A stretch of 64,000 nt of DNA from an uncultured bacterium (GCA_903831805.1 CAIKZD010000009.1:72786-136785); one strand, 5' to 3'; positions 47,589 to 58,467 are shown, counted from the stretch's first letter. Notes: generated by a model not told the origin, from the letters alone. Numbers and translations: made by a program.

Positions 47589-47620
47589 GAAAAGAGCGAG
47601 ACTACTCGCTCTTTTTTTGG
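47589..47620 (+). terminator. rho-independent terminator after rpmA
   Basis: AAAGAGCGAG-actac-CTCGCTCTTT followed by TTTTTTGG. Confidence 0.7.
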
Positions 47621-47697
47621 GTGTGGATAACTATTTAGACAGAGAGGCTTTTTGTGGTATAATAAAAATAATCGTAAGTAATCTTAAACATAAAAAG

Positions 47698-48165
47698 ATG
47701 CACAGAGTCGTATCTACTCCCATATCAATCGCCATCATTTCTGCTTTGGCTATTTTTGTAGCTACGGAAATGATAGTGAAAAGTCAGGAGGTGACTTTTT
47801 CCGGTGATAATCAAGCTGTGATTACCCAAGCTTTAGCAAAAAATAAAACTGCCGCTGCTACTGCTGCTGATTGCAAGGTGCGCGCCTTCCAAGGTGAGGC
47901 AAAAATTTCTGCTTGGAAAATTATGAAAAATAATAAACTGATGGTGCAAGTGGCCGCCGCTGATGTGGTCAAGCTTCCTTCACATGATGTGGATAATTTC
48001 GAATTGATCGACGCCACTCCGGAGATTGCAAAAAAACTAGCCGCCTCATCCAAAGAAAATCCTGTCGAAATTGCCCTCTCAGGATTTGCCACTAAATGCG
48101 ACGGCACAGCTTTAGCCTGCATGACCTACACGGACGGCATCTTTAAGTCTTATCTAGCCAATTAG
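47698..48165 (+). CDS. secreted/membrane-anchored hypothetical protein
   Basis: Start at MHRVVSTPISIAIISALAIFVA following an extended -10 TGGTATAAT (47656-47664); the ORF-track start at 47587 lies inside the terminator. Confidence 0.5.
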   Translation: MHRVVSTPISIAIISALAIFVATEMIVKSQEVTFSGDNQAVITQALAKNKTAAATAADCKVRAFQGEAKISAWKIMKNNKLMVQVAAADVVKLPSHDVDNFELIDATPEIAKKLAASSKENPVEIALSGFATKCDGTALACMTYTDGIFKSYLAN

Positions 48166-48184
48166 TTTTTCTCTTTGCAAAAAA

Positions 48185-48213
48185 AGAAACCTCTCTGGAG
48201 GTTTCTTTTTTTT
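48185..48213. terminator. bidirectional terminator
   Basis: AGAAACCTC-tctgg-AGGTTTCT flanked by A7 and T8. Confidence 0.7.
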
Positions 48214-48232
48214 GCTTGAAGTTTACGCTCAA

Positions 48233-49867
48233 TCATTTCTTGGCAGCCGCTTTGATGAATTCCAAAAACAGCGGGTGCGAAGTGAGTGGGTTGGATTGTA
48301 GCTCTGGATGGAATTGCGTACCGAGGAAAAATGGATGCATGGTTTTCGGCAGTTCGGTTATTTCCATAAACTTGCCGTCCGGGGAAGTGCCCGAGAAAAT
48401 CAAGCCGGCTTTTTCCAATCTTTCTTTGAAGGCCAGATTGACTTCCCATCGGTGGCGATGCCGTTCAGAAATCTTATTTTTCTTATAAGCGCCAAACGCC
48501 ACTGTGCCTTTTTTGAGGAGAGCGGGATAGGCTCCAAGCCGCATCGTGGCCCCATAGTTCGAATCTTCCAAATTCTTTTTTTGCTCAGGAATAATATCGA
48601 TGACCGGGTTTTTGGTGCGTCGATTGATTTCGGTAGTGTGGGCATCTTTCAGGCCTAAAATATTGCGCGCCACTTCAATGACGGCTACTTGCATGCCATA
48701 ACACAATCCCAAAAAGGGAATCTTATTTTCGCGTAAATACTGGACAGCTGCAATCTTGCCTTCGATTCCGCGCGAGCCAAAACCACCTGGGATAATGATA
48801 CCATCAAATTCTTTGAGGTTGGCAATCTTTTCCGGTTCTTTCTCAAATAGTTCGCTATTGATCCAATCGATTTCCGGCTTAAGTTTCAATTGATAGGCTG
48901 CGTGCTTAATGGCTTCAATAACACTAATGTAGGAATCACTCAAAATGAAATCGCCAGTGCCGAAATATTTTCCCACAATGCCAATTTTAACTTTTTCTTT
49001 CGAATTTTTGATATTCTCCATCAGTTCGTACCATTTTTTCAAATCGGTTTTTTTGTATTTCAAACCGAGTTTTTTCAGCAATAGTCGGCTCAAGTCATCG
49101 CGCTCAAAATTGATCGGCACTTCATAAACACTCGAGGCATCCGGCGCGCTGATGACATATTTCTCCGGCACATTGCAAAAAAGGGAAATTTTTTCCTTCC
49201 GCTTTTGATCCAAAAATGTTTCGCTCCTGGCGATGATAAAATCCGGTTGCACGCCAGTCCCATTCAAAGTGCGCACGGCATGTTGCGTCGGCTTGGTCTT
49301 CATCTCACCGCTGGCGTGCGGAATAGGCAGATAGCTTACCATGATTGTGATGATATCCTCCGGCGCTTTTATCTTAAATAAGCGGATAGCTTCCATGAAA
49401 AGAATATTTTCGTATTCCCCAACGGTGCCCCCGATTTCCACAATAGTAATGTCGGCGTTAGCCTTATCAGCGGCTTTTTTGATGCGGGAGATAACTTCCA
49501 AGGGAATATGCGGCACCACTTGAACACACTTACCCTTATATTCCAAGTTTCTTTCATTATGAATAACCGCTTCATAGACACTGCCGGTCGTCATATAGTT
49601 TTCCGACGGCAGAGTGATGCCCATGAACCTTTCATAGTTCCCCATGTCCTGATCAGTTTCCAAGCCTGACTCCAAAACGAATGTTTCTCCGTGTTCCACC
49701 GGATTCATCGTCCCGGCGTCCACATTGATGTAGGGGTCGATTTTCACCGCTGTCACATTGAAGCCGCGCGCTTTTAGAATGGCTCCGATAGATGAAGCCG
49801 TTATCCCCTTTCCCACTCCGCTCATCACGCCCCCGACCACAAAGATGTACTTACGGTTATTTTTCAT
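48233..49867 (-). CDS. pyrG: CTP synthase
   Basis: N-terminal GGVMSGVGKG; glutamine amidotransferase LGLCYGMQ and HPE motifs. Confidence 0.95.
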   Translation of the reverse strand: MKNNRKYIFVVGGVMSGVGKGITASSIGAILKARGFNVTAVKIDPYINVDAGTMNPVEHGETFVLESGLETDQDMGNYERFMGITLPSENYMTTGSVYEAVIHNERNLEYKGKCVQVVPHIPLEVISRIKKAADKANADITIVEIGGTVGEYENILFMEAIRLFKIKAPEDIITIMVSYLPIPHASGEMKTKPTQHAVRTLNGTGVQPDFIIARSETFLDQKRKEKISLFCNVPEKYVISAPDASSVYEVPINFERDDLSRLLLKKLGLKYKKTDLKKWYELMENIKNSKEKVKIGIVGKYFGTGDFILSDSYISVIEAIKHAAYQLKLKPEIDWINSELFEKEPEKIANLKEFDGIIIPGGFGSRGIEGKIAAVQYLRENKIPFLGLCYGMQVAVIEVARNILGLKDAHTTEINRRTKNPVIDIIPEQKKNLEDSNYGATMRLGAYPALLKKGTVAFGAYKKNKISERHRHRWEVNLAFKERLEKAGLIFSGTSPDGKFMEITELPKTMHPFFLGTQFHPELQSNPLTSHPLFLEFIKAAAKK

Positions 49868-49943
49868 AATATTTTATCCCTTCATGAAACTCCCGCTCAG
49901 ATCCATGAATAAATTAAATTAATAAAATTAAATATTTTCCAGA

Positions 49944-49970
49944 CAAAAAGTCGCTTCCCCGCGACTTTTG
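49944..49970 (-). terminator. rho-independent terminator after rplI
   Basis: AAAAGTCGC-ttcccc-GCGACTTTT with T-run on the minus strand. Confidence 0.6.
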
Positions 49971-50000
49971 TAAATTTATAAGGTTGTGGCGTCTTTTGAG

Positions 50001-50441
50001 TTATGCGCCAGACACTTCCAATTTGACTTTAGCCTTGATCCCGACTGCTAACCTCACTTCAATCTCGTATGCCCCGACTTTTTTTATCACTTCTTTCATT
50101 ATAATGCATTTCTCAGAAACGTCCAAATTGCTTTTTTTGAATTCTTCCACTAGTTGTTTTTTGGTGATAGAGCCGAACAATTTACCGGCTTTGGCCTTAG
50201 TTTTTAGAATGATTTTTTCATTACCAATCTTTTTTGCCAACTCCAAGAGATCTGCAGTTTCTTTTTTTTGGCGCGCCATCTCTCCTTCTTTTTTCAGATT
50301 AGATTCATTGATTGCCCCCGGCGTGGCCGGTGACGCCAATTTCTTGGGAAACAAAAAATTTCTCGCGTAACCTTCTGAGACATCCTTCACATCACCTTTT
50401 TTTCCAAGACTTTTCACGTCTTGCAGTAAAATAATTTGCAT
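50001..50441 (-). CDS. rplI: 50S ribosomal protein bL9
   Basis: MQIILLQDVKSLGKKGDVKDVSEGYARNFLFPKKLA. Confidence 0.95.
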   Translation of the reverse strand: MQIILLQDVKSLGKKGDVKDVSEGYARNFLFPKKLASPATPGAINESNLKKEGEMARQKKETADLLELAKKIGNEKIILKTKAKAGKLFGSITKKQLVEEFKKSNLDVSEKCIIMKEVIKKVGAYEIEVRLAVGIKAKVKLEVSGA

Positions 50442-50448
50442 ATAGGTT

Positions 50449-51771
50449 TTATTTTATTTCGCCTTTTATAACTTCAATGGCTTTATCCAGTTGCGGATCG
50501 CGATTATTAGTAATGTCATCCTTAGTCAGATCCACAACGTCATCCGGCGCAATGCCTTTATCCATGATGTAGTCACCATTCGGTGTCAACCATTTGGCAA
50601 CAGTGATTTTGACACTTGATCCACCTGGCAAATTGATCAATTCTTGCACACAGCCCTTGCCAAAGGATTTTTCTCCCACCAATATGGTGTGCCGGTCATC
50701 TCTCAGCGCGCCGGCTAAAATTTCCGAAGCGCTAGCACTCCCCTGATTGATTAAGACGACCATCGGGACAGCACTCAATTTATCGCCGCCGGCAGTATAC
50801 AGACTGTCTTTCTTTCCGGTATTGTCCTCCTCTGAGACTACGACTTGTTTCTCCGGAATCATACGACTGGCAATGTTGACCGCCTTATCCAAAAGCCCGC
50901 CCGGATCATCTCGCAAGTCCAAAATGATTCCTTTGGATTTTTGCGCAATGATTTTGTTCATAGCCTCGTCAAATTCTTTGTCAGTATTGTCAGAAAATTG
51001 TGAAATGCGTAAATAAGCAATATCCGCTTGCTTAAAGGAAACGTCCACGCTGTGCACCTCAATTGTATCGCGCAAAACCGTGACATCATGGGTGTCATTT
51101 TCTCCTTGGTGCAAGATAGTCATTACGACCGGAGTGCCTTTTTTTCCGCGAATAAGTCCAATAGCTTCATCCGACGTCAGGTCCGCAATCACTTTGCCGC
51201 CCACTTTCAAGATTTTGTCTCCACTTCTTATGCCGGCTTTTTGGGCCGGGGAACCGTCCAGCGGCGCCACCACTGTCAAAATGCCATCTTTCACTCCAAG
51301 TTCCACCCCAATGCCATCAAAACTACCCTCGATGTTGGCGGAAAAATCTTTGCTCTGCTGCGGGTCGAAAAAATTAGAATAAGGATCGCCGGTGGCGCGA
51401 AGCATGCCGTTAATCGCTCCATAAACCAATTTTTGCGCATCCAGAGTCTTATTATCAACGTGTTTTTCCTTGAGCAAATCCCACACTTTCCAAAAAAGAG
51501 AAAAATCAACTTTTTCGGCAGAGGTGGGTTCTTTGTTGTTAAGAATCGCTGAATTCAAAGCTGTATTTTTTTCCGGTTGAACTGTATTGTTTTTTCCTCT
51601 TTCATATCCAACCCAAAAACTACCCGCTAAAAGAAAAATCATCAGGAAGAAAAAAATGTATTTTTTGAATAAGCGCCGGTTCCTGGCAAGATTCTGTATT
51701 TCTCTTACTTTTGCATCCTCCATTTCTTTCATTTCTATTCCAGTTTCATTTTCAAGATTTTCCATGGTCAT
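50449..51771 (-). CDS. ctpA: carboxyl-terminal processing protease (S41 family)
   Basis: PDZ domain; S41 catalytic region with DLRDDPGG and SASASE...GKG. Confidence 0.85.
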   Translation of the reverse strand: MTMENLENETGIEMKEMEDAKVREIQNLARNRRLFKKYIFFFLMIFLLAGSFWVGYERGKNNTVQPEKNTALNSAILNNKEPTSAEKVDFSLFWKVWDLLKEKHVDNKTLDAQKLVYGAINGMLRATGDPYSNFFDPQQSKDFSANIEGSFDGIGVELGVKDGILTVVAPLDGSPAQKAGIRSGDKILKVGGKVIADLTSDEAIGLIRGKKGTPVVMTILHQGENDTHDVTVLRDTIEVHSVDVSFKQADIAYLRISQFSDNTDKEFDEAMNKIIAQKSKGIILDLRDDPGGLLDKAVNIASRMIPEKQVVVSEEDNTGKKDSLYTAGGDKLSAVPMVVLINQGSASASEILAGALRDDRHTILVGEKSFGKGCVQELINLPGGSSVKITVAKWLTPNGDYIMDKGIAPDDVVDLTKDDITNNRDPQLDKAIEVIKGEIK

Positions 51772-51790
51772 TATTCGTCTAGATTAGATG

Positions 51791-52993
51791 TTATTTTTTG
51801 GGTGCAGCTGTCTCTACTGCTGGGAAAACATTTTGAAAGAGAGTCTTGAACTTGTCGAAATTGTCTCCCTTGGGCAGCAGGATATCTCCAGCCACATCAT
51901 CTCGCTTGCCATACACTAAACCGACTTCCGGGTCATCCGTTCCATCAACAACTTTCTGATACAATTTATAGTCTTTCATCTGGGTATAGATATCATAAAG
52001 CCGCTTCATTTCCCAAGGTTGCATATCTGTTTTTACATTATCACCCAGATTGGTCAGAATGCCATTCAATTTGGAGAAATCGGTCAGAGTACCTGCGCTC
52101 AGAAGCTTGTCTTTAACAGCTTTCAAGACTTGTTGTTGGCGCGCCGCACGTTCAAAGTCATTGGAGGTTTCACGGGATCTGGCGTAGCAAAGGGCATCTG
52201 TCGAATTAAGGGTGTGTGTGCCGGTGTCCAATTTGAAATCGCCGTTACATTCCGGGTGAGCGTTGGTACACAATGGATAACTGGCCAGGACGCGCACTCT
52301 TTTCACCGTCCTAGTCCCCGGCCAATAAACATTAGCCGTTTTCTGATCAAATTTTCCAGTCGGCACGGTGAAGGTAATGCCATCACATACTTGCGGTTGA
52401 TTGAATTGCACTGACTCGTCGAAGGGTTTATCCAGCGTAAGGGTCACACCACCTACCACATCGATAATTTTTTTGAAACCGTCGAAGTTGATAACTGTGG
52501 CATATTGAATAGGTTGACCGGTGATGCTCCCGATGACTTGTTCCATATTAGCCATTCCTTGACCAGCCCCTTTCTGCTCGCCATAAGCATAGACGGCGTT
52601 CAATTTAGTCTTGGAGCCCGTAGCTGGATTATCCACGAACAAATCGCGCGGAATGGACATCAAGGCGGCCACATTCTGTTTCGGTTCGATGCTTAGCACC
52701 ATAATGGTGTCCGCTAGAGTTCCCCCCGCCGGATCATTAGCGCCGCGCATCCCCAAAAGCAAAACATTGATACGCCCATCCTTCTCCCCTTTCAATTCAT
52801 TGTTCACGCCGGGAATGTTATGCGCGATAGCGGAAAAAATCCCACCCTTGGAAATCTTGGTCAGGAATGAGTTGGTCTTCCATGCGAAAGCGCCACCGAC
52901 AATAATGATGACCGCGCAGGTAGGCGCAGCAATTTTAAACCATAAACGCTTATAGAATTTAACCCGACCGGCTTCTTGCTTGATATATGACAT
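51791..52993 (-). CDS. LCP family (LytR-Cps2A-Psr) cell-envelope polymer transferase
   Basis: N-terminal TM; INVLLLGMRGANDPAGGTLADTIMVLSI...SIPRD. Confidence 0.85.
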   Translation of the reverse strand: MSYIKQEAGRVKFYKRLWFKIAAPTCAVIIIVGGAFAWKTNSFLTKISKGGIFSAIAHNIPGVNNELKGEKDGRINVLLLGMRGANDPAGGTLADTIMVLSIEPKQNVAALMSIPRDLFVDNPATGSKTKLNAVYAYGEQKGAGQGMANMEQVIGSITGQPIQYATVINFDGFKKIIDVVGGVTLTLDKPFDESVQFNQPQVCDGITFTVPTGKFDQKTANVYWPGTRTVKRVRVLASYPLCTNAHPECNGDFKLDTGTHTLNSTDALCYARSRETSNDFERAARQQQVLKAVKDKLLSAGTLTDFSKLNGILTNLGDNVKTDMQPWEMKRLYDIYTQMKDYKLYQKVVDGTDDPEVGLVYGKRDDVAGDILLPKGDNFDKFKTLFQNVFPAVETAAPKK

Positions 52994-53095
52994 AAAAAAA
53001 ATTGCGAGAGCCTTGGGGGCACTCTTTTAGTTCTTAAATTTGATTAATTTAATAATTGTTTTATTAGTTATATTTTACCGCAAACCAATTCTTTG

Positions 53096-54232
53096 TCAAT
53101 CAAAACTTTCAAAAATAGACACCAACTTTTGCGCATTTCTCCTCCAGGAAAATTTTTCCGCTTGTTCGCGACCTTTTACCCTAAAATCATCACGTAAAAC
53201 GCTACTGTCTACAATCTCTCTGATACGCTCTGCCAATTCTTCGGCGGAATCCGGATCGAAAAACAAGGCTGCTTTCCCGGCCACTTCGCGGTGCGGCGAG
53301 ATGTCCGATGCAATCACTGGCGTACCAACACTCATCGCCTCGAGGATCGGGATGCCAAAACCTTCGTAGAAAGATGGAAAAATAAACACCTGCGCCAACT
53401 GATACACGGCCGATTTATCTTCAGTGTCGATAAAGCCGGGAAAGATAACTTCGTCTCGCAAATCATTTTTAAATAAAGCCGCTTCAATCTTCTTATCAAA
53501 GTTGTGGCTATTCTTGTTACCAGCCAACACCAGTGACACGCCCGGAATACTGCTTTTCATCTGAGCGTAAGCTTCAATCAGGACCGGAATGTTTTTTCTG
53601 GGCTGCAAGGTGCCGATATATAGGATGAATTTTTCCGGTAGTTTGTATTTTCCCCGGATGGTTTTTTCCAATTCTGCGGTCAGCGTTTGCGGAGAAAGAT
53701 TGATCGCATTGGAAACAATTTCAATTTTGTCTTTGGCGGCCGGATAGAATCTTTCTATTTCATCTTTAGTGAACTGACTGACTGCAATGATTTTGTCTGA
53801 GCGGCGAATGGCGCGCGGAATGAGCAGATCCAAAAAAAACAAATCCTTTTTCAAAATCATCTGGCGATAAACTTTAAAAGAAACGTCATGGATGTGCGTC
53901 ACCACCTTAACATTCTTAGGGATGCAAAAAGGCAAGATGTATTCGGTGTGAAAGACGTCAATTTTGTTTTCACGGAAAAATTTAGGCATAACCCACGCCG
54001 CCCAGATGAATTTATTCTTAGCTGGCAGCGAAATGATGCGGGCATTCTTTTTGTCACCCAGGTGCAATGTTTGCCGGATATTTTCCACAACAGCTGTATC
54101 CCTCGTATCAGTCAGCAGTAAATATTCATTTTTTTTATCCAACTCTAAGATATTTTTCGTCAACTCCAAAACCACCACTTCACTGCCGGTTTTTTGTTTG
54201 CCGATATTGCGAATATCAATTGCGATTATCAT
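53096..54232 (-). CDS. glycosyltransferase family 4
   Basis: GT-B; FIFPSFYEGFGIPILEAMSVGTPVIASDISPHREV. Confidence 0.8.
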   Translation of the reverse strand: MIIAIDIRNIGKQKTGSEVVVLELTKNILELDKKNEYLLLTDTRDTAVVENIRQTLHLGDKKNARIISLPAKNKFIWAAWVMPKFFRENKIDVFHTEYILPFCIPKNVKVVTHIHDVSFKVYRQMILKKDLFFLDLLIPRAIRRSDKIIAVSQFTKDEIERFYPAAKDKIEIVSNAINLSPQTLTAELEKTIRGKYKLPEKFILYIGTLQPRKNIPVLIEAYAQMKSSIPGVSLVLAGNKNSHNFDKKIEAALFKNDLRDEVIFPGFIDTEDKSAVYQLAQVFIFPSFYEGFGIPILEAMSVGTPVIASDISPHREVAGKAALFFDPDSAEELAERIREIVDSSVLRDDFRVKGREQAEKFSWRRNAQKLVSIFESFD

Positions 54233-54242
54233 ATATAATTTT

Positions 54243-55898
54243 TTAGTTTTCTGCTTGCGCGGCCGCTAACCACACCCACAAAAATCCCAAGAATATCCCT
54301 GCGTTAAACAGATTGAAAACAACCAATCCGAACCATCCAACTATTATAAAGAGATGCCATGTTTTTGACAATTGATTGGTAGCGTAAAAATAATGTTTGA
54401 CGGCCTGGAAAATAATATAGCCTAAGAGAAAAACTAGCGCCAAAAAACCTATGATACCCGCCCCAAGCCAGGTTTCTAAAAATATATTAGACGAATTAAG
54501 GAACACTCCGCGTCCATCGCGTCCCAGCAGCGGACCAATACTCCCCCAACCGATGCCAGCTACCGGATGATTCTTGATTTCAGCCCAAGACTTTTGATAG
54601 ATTTGCGAGCGCACGTTTACGTTTGGATCGGGACGTAAAATTTCTGTCACAAATTTCCCCGCCGTTTTTTCTTTCTCAATATCTTCCAGGTTGATATGGC
54701 GACAGCTATATTTTTCTAACTCCTCTGTGTTATCTATTTTTTCCGGCAAATTCTCATCCTTGTCGCAACTCACCGTAATTTTTTGCTCGCCTGTGCCGGT
54801 CGACTGTACGCGATTGAAAAGTTGAAAATTGCTCAGATGGAAAACATAAATAACAAGAATAGCTACAACCAAAGAAGAAACTATTTTCAACTTCAGAAAA
54901 CTGGTTTCTTTCCATCGCCAATTTTTAAACTTCAGATCAGTGAAGAAAATCAAAACGAAAATAATATACGTCGCCATGGCCGCCAGCCAAGCGGAGCGGG
55001 AAACGGTGAGAATGAGAAGGATGTATGAAATGGTCAGCAGGACATATAAAAATATTTCTGTCATCCTGAGCGAAATGACGACGCGATAGCGGAGGAATGC
55101 AGTCGAAGGATCTGCGATATATTCATCACTAGTAGTATTCAATGGCAGATTCTTCGACTTCGCTACGCTACGCTCAGAATGACAATTGCATAGCAATGCG
55201 TAAATGAGCGTTATCACTAGTACGACAAAAGCGCCTAACCAATCCGCTTCCGTAAATGTGGCATTCGGCCGCCCGAGCATCGCTTCGAAAGACTGACCAT
55301 TATGTAGAAAGATAATATTTTGCCACAGGCCATACAACATCACAACTATGGCCGAGCTCAAGAAAAATGGCACGGTTCTTTTGGCGTCGGCAGTAGTCTG
55401 GATATAATTTCTGACTAAGAAATACAGAATGACGAACGTGATGAAAATTATTTCCAATTTTAAACTTGCCATTTTGTCCGGCGAAAAAATTGCGCCCAGC
55501 AATCCGCCAATGGCCATCAAGATCACGGCATAATTTGGAATTTTCAGTTTAGCTAATTTGAAATTCAAGCGGCCACTCACTAGCCGCGCTAAAATCGCTA
55601 CCACTAAAATTGCCCCGATGAATTGATACGGCCGAATAGTAAGACCCAAACTCACCGGTGCTAAATTGATATTTTCCAGCGGCACCATCCCGCAAAAAAG
55701 CAAAAACGCCCAACTCGGCCGCCACAGCGCAAAAGCCAGCGCCAAAATCGAGAAAAAAACAAAATCCCCCAATTGCAGCGGGATTACTTGGAAATTACTA
55801 AGGATAATCAAAAAGAAAACCACAAAAACATTCACCAAAACCAGCCAGTTTTTGGGCTTGTTAAGGTTGTTGACAAATTGCTGCAAATAACTAATCAT
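54243..55898 (-). CDS. O-antigen ligase/polymerase-like membrane protein carrying an in-frame 126-bp MITE insertion
   Basis: Polytopic; ligase-like SSNIFLETWLGAGIIG motif. Residues about 238-279 (CHSERSVAKSKNLPLNTTSDEYIADPSTAFLRYRVVISLRMT) are encoded by the family A element. Confidence 0.6.
   Translation of the reverse strand: MISYLQQFVNNLNKPKNWLVLVNVFVVFFLIILSNFQVIPLQLGDFVFFSILALAFALWRPSWAFLLFCGMVPLENINLAPVSLGLTIRPYQFIGAILVVAILARLVSGRLNFKLAKLKIPNYAVILMAIGGLLGAIFSPDKMASLKLEIIFITFVILYFLVRNYIQTTADAKRTVPFFLSSAIVVMLYGLWQNIIFLHNGQSFEAMLGRPNATFTEADWLGAFVVLVITLIYALLCNCHSERSVAKSKNLPLNTTSDEYIADPSTAFLRYRVVISLRMTEIFLYVLLTISYILLILTVSRSAWLAAMATYIIFVLIFFTDLKFKNWRWKETSFLKLKIVSSLVVAILVIYVFHLSNFQLFNRVQSTGTGEQKITVSCDKDENLPEKIDNTEELEKYSCRHINLEDIEKEKTAGKFVTEILRPDPNVNVRSQIYQKSWAEIKNHPVAGIGWGSIGPLLGRDGRGVFLNSSNIFLETWLGAGIIGFLALVFLLGYIIFQAVKHYFYATNQLSKTWHLFIIVGWFGLVVFNLFNAGIFLGFLWVWLAAAQAEN
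55059..55184. mobile_element. family A MITE-like element, shortened copy (126 bp = 42 codons) inside CDS
   Basis: TGTCATCCTGAGCGAAATGACGACGCG...CGCTACGCTACGCTCAGAATGACA; no stop codon in the host frame. Confidence 0.8.
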
Positions 55899-57078
55899 TA
55901 TAATTTATCTGCTTGGATATTTCAATAATCTTTTCACAAAAGGTTTGCCAGGAGAATTTTTGAGCTTGCAGGCGCGCTCTCTCAGACAAGGTTCGGCGGA
56001 GTTCATGATTTTCTAAAACATTTTTCATCACCATCGCAATATCATGCACATCTTGTGGATTGCAATATAGCACGCCGTCACCACCCACTTCCGGGAGAGA
56101 AGAAACTTTGGAAGTGATGACCGGACGCCCGAGGTTCATCGCTTCCAGTACAGGCATCCCGAACCCTTCATAATACGACGGATAGACGAAAACGGACGCA
56201 TTGGCGAAAATGGCCGGCAGATCTTTTTGCGGCACGAGATCCAAAAGTTCGACGTGTCCTGTCAGATTGAGTTCGCGCAATAATTTTTTGATGTCGAGTG
56301 CCAGACTTAATTTCTCCGGCAAAATTTTTCCATAAATCACTAACCTTGGAATCTCAGCCATAAAATGCAACTTTTCATTGCGCTCTAAGAGAATTTTATA
56401 GGCGTGTACGACGCCTTCCACGTTTTTGCGCTTCTCATATCCCCCGCCGGCCAAAATGTAACCCGGTTTCAGTTTATATTTCTTAAGAACTTGCGCATTG
56501 TGTTCCGTCGTCACGGGTTGTTTATAGATTTCGTCTACATCGATATAGCTGGCCGTAATTTTTTTGCCGTGAATTTTCAACTGTCCAATCAGATCTTTTT
56601 CAGTGTGTTTGGAAACAGCGATGATCCGGTCCGCTTTTCGGATGGCTTTTTCGGTCAGTTTCCAATATATTTTTTTTCTTAAATTATCCAAATACTGCGG
56701 GAAAAATTTCGGAATGATGTCATGCACAACCATAATATGCTGAACTTCTTCATACGGTTCAATGATGGTTGGGCATTGGTACATACTCAAAAGAACATCA
56801 CATTTATCTTTTTTCACGGCCCGCGGCAGCAAGAATTTTTCCCACCAAATTTTGCGGGTCAAGTCGTCGCGTTTCCATGCGGGCAAGAAAATTCTTTGGA
56901 CAAAATTTGGCGGCAATGTAAAATCAGCCGGCAATTTTTCTTCCAGGTACAAAACAAAGTCGATATCCTTATAACCGGACAGCTCCCGCAAAACATTCAA
57001 CGTCACTTGGCCGATGCCCGTATGAGGTTTTCTCACAAAAGTTGCGTTGATGCCAATTTTTGTCTTTCTGCTTTTCAT
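55891..57078 (-). CDS. glycosyltransferase family 4
   Basis: [37 protein letters not shown]. Confidence 0.8.
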   Translation of the reverse strand: MKSRKTKIGINATFVRKPHTGIGQVTLNVLRELSGYKDIDFVLYLEEKLPADFTLPPNFVQRIFLPAWKRDDLTRKIWWEKFLLPRAVKKDKCDVLLSMYQCPTIIEPYEEVQHIMVVHDIIPKFFPQYLDNLRKKIYWKLTEKAIRKADRIIAVSKHTEKDLIGQLKIHGKKITASYIDVDEIYKQPVTTEHNAQVLKKYKLKPGYILAGGGYEKRKNVEGVVHAYKILLERNEKLHFMAEIPRLVIYGKILPEKLSLALDIKKLLRELNLTGHVELLDLVPQKDLPAIFANASVFVYPSYYEGFGMPVLEAMNLGRPVITSKVSSLPEVGGDGVLYCNPQDVHDIAMVMKNVLENHELRRTLSERARLQAQKFSWQTFCEKIIEISKQINYND

Positions 57079-57175
57079 ACTCCAAATTTTACTATACTAT
57101 CCTATTTGTGTCACTTGCTCTTTTTTCCATATTCTCTTAGAATTTAACTGTGAGTGATTTAAATACCCTAAACTA

Positions 57176-58462
57176 ATGAAAATGAAAAAACAAGAAAAGA
57201 AAATTGTTTGCGTGATCGGACTGGGCTATGTCGGGCTGCCGCTGGCCGTACGCTCCACTGAAGTTGGTTACCTCACTTATGGTTTTGATTCAGACGCCAA
57301 AAAAGTCGCGCTCATCAACAAAGGGAAAAGTCCGATTAAAGAAGAATTTTTGGAAAAAAATCTGCCCAAATTTCCGGTCGTGGCTTCTCTGGATGAAAAA
57401 GTAATTGCGAAAGCGGACATCGTTCTCATCTGCGTCCCAACGCCGGTCGACAAGAATTATTATCCCGACCTTTCTCCTGTCATTGGCGCGACCAAAGCCG
57501 TCACGAGAAATTTGAAAAAAGGAGCGCTGGTAGTTTTGGAGTCGACAGTCAACCCGGGCGTGTCTGAAGAAATCATCGCGCCAATTTTCGAGGAAGCTGG
57601 ATTCAAGGTGGGGCGCGACGTTTTCATCGCCCATTGTCCGGAACGCATCGACCCAGGGAACAAAAAATGGAACGTGACCAATCTGCCGCGCGTGGTCGGT
57701 TCGTTTGACAAGAAGGGATTGGCCATGGCTATGGAATATTATAAAAACATCACCACCGGCGAAGTGCGACCGATGAAATCCATCCGCTCAGCTGAAGCTG
57801 TGAAGATTGTGGAAAATTCTTTCCGCGACATCAATATCGCTTTCGTCAATGAGTTGGCCAAATCTTTTGATAAGCTCGGCATCGACATCAAGGATGTCAT
57901 TGAAGGCGCTTCCACTAAATTTTCTTTCATGCCGCATTTCCCATCTTGTGGTGTGGGCGGCCATTGTATCCCGGTTGATCCATATTATCTCATTGAACGC
58001 GCCAAAGCTTCCGGCTTTGACCATAAATTTTTGCGGGTCGCGCGCGAAATCAATAATTCCATGCCGGAATATACCGTCAATCTTTTGCAGACCGCTCTCA
58101 ATGAAATTAAAAAATCGATGAAAGGCACGACTGTGGGCGTGCTCGGCATCGCGTACAAAGCTAATATTGATGACGTGCGCGAATCACCGGCCATAAAAAT
58201 CATTGACCTAGTCAAAAAAAAGCAAGCTAAGGTTTTGACTTATGACCCTTTTGTACCAGAAAAATCGACCGAAAAAAGTCTAGCAGCCATTCTCAAAAAA
58301 TCTGAAGCCATCATCCTGGCTACCGCTCACACGCAGTTTAAAGAAATCGACCCTTCCGTCTTCAAAAAAAATGGCATCAAAGTTATCATTGACGGGATGA
58401 ACTGCCTGGATAAAAAAGCTATCGAAAAATTAGGCATCATCTATAAGGGCATCGGGCGTTAG
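57176..58462 (+). CDS. nucleotide-sugar 6-dehydrogenase (UDP-glucose/UDP-ManNAc dehydrogenase family)
   Basis: N-terminal Rossmann VIGLGYVGLPLAV; catalytic Cys region GGHCIPVDPYYL; C-terminal UDP-binding domain. Confidence 0.9.
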   Translation: MKMKKQEKKIVCVIGLGYVGLPLAVRSTEVGYLTYGFDSDAKKVALINKGKSPIKEEFLEKNLPKFPVVASLDEKVIAKADIVLICVPTPVDKNYYPDLSPVIGATKAVTRNLKKGALVVLESTVNPGVSEEIIAPIFEEAGFKVGRDVFIAHCPERIDPGNKKWNVTNLPRVVGSFDKKGLAMAMEYYKNITTGEVRPMKSIRSAEAVKIVENSFRDINIAFVNELAKSFDKLGIDIKDVIEGASTKFSFMPHFPSCGVGGHCIPVDPYYLIERAKASGFDHKFLRVAREINNSMPEYTVNLLQTALNEIKKSMKGTTVGVLGIAYKANIDDVRESPAIKIIDLVKKKQAKVLTYDPFVPEKSTEKSLAAILKKSEAIILATAHTQFKEIDPSVFKKNGIKVIIDGMNCLDKKAIEKLGIIYKGIGR

Positions 58463-58467
58463 AGAGA

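Noticed and set aside
51028-51552. 174-aa ORF on + strand
   Set aside because: It is antisense to the S41 protease gene.
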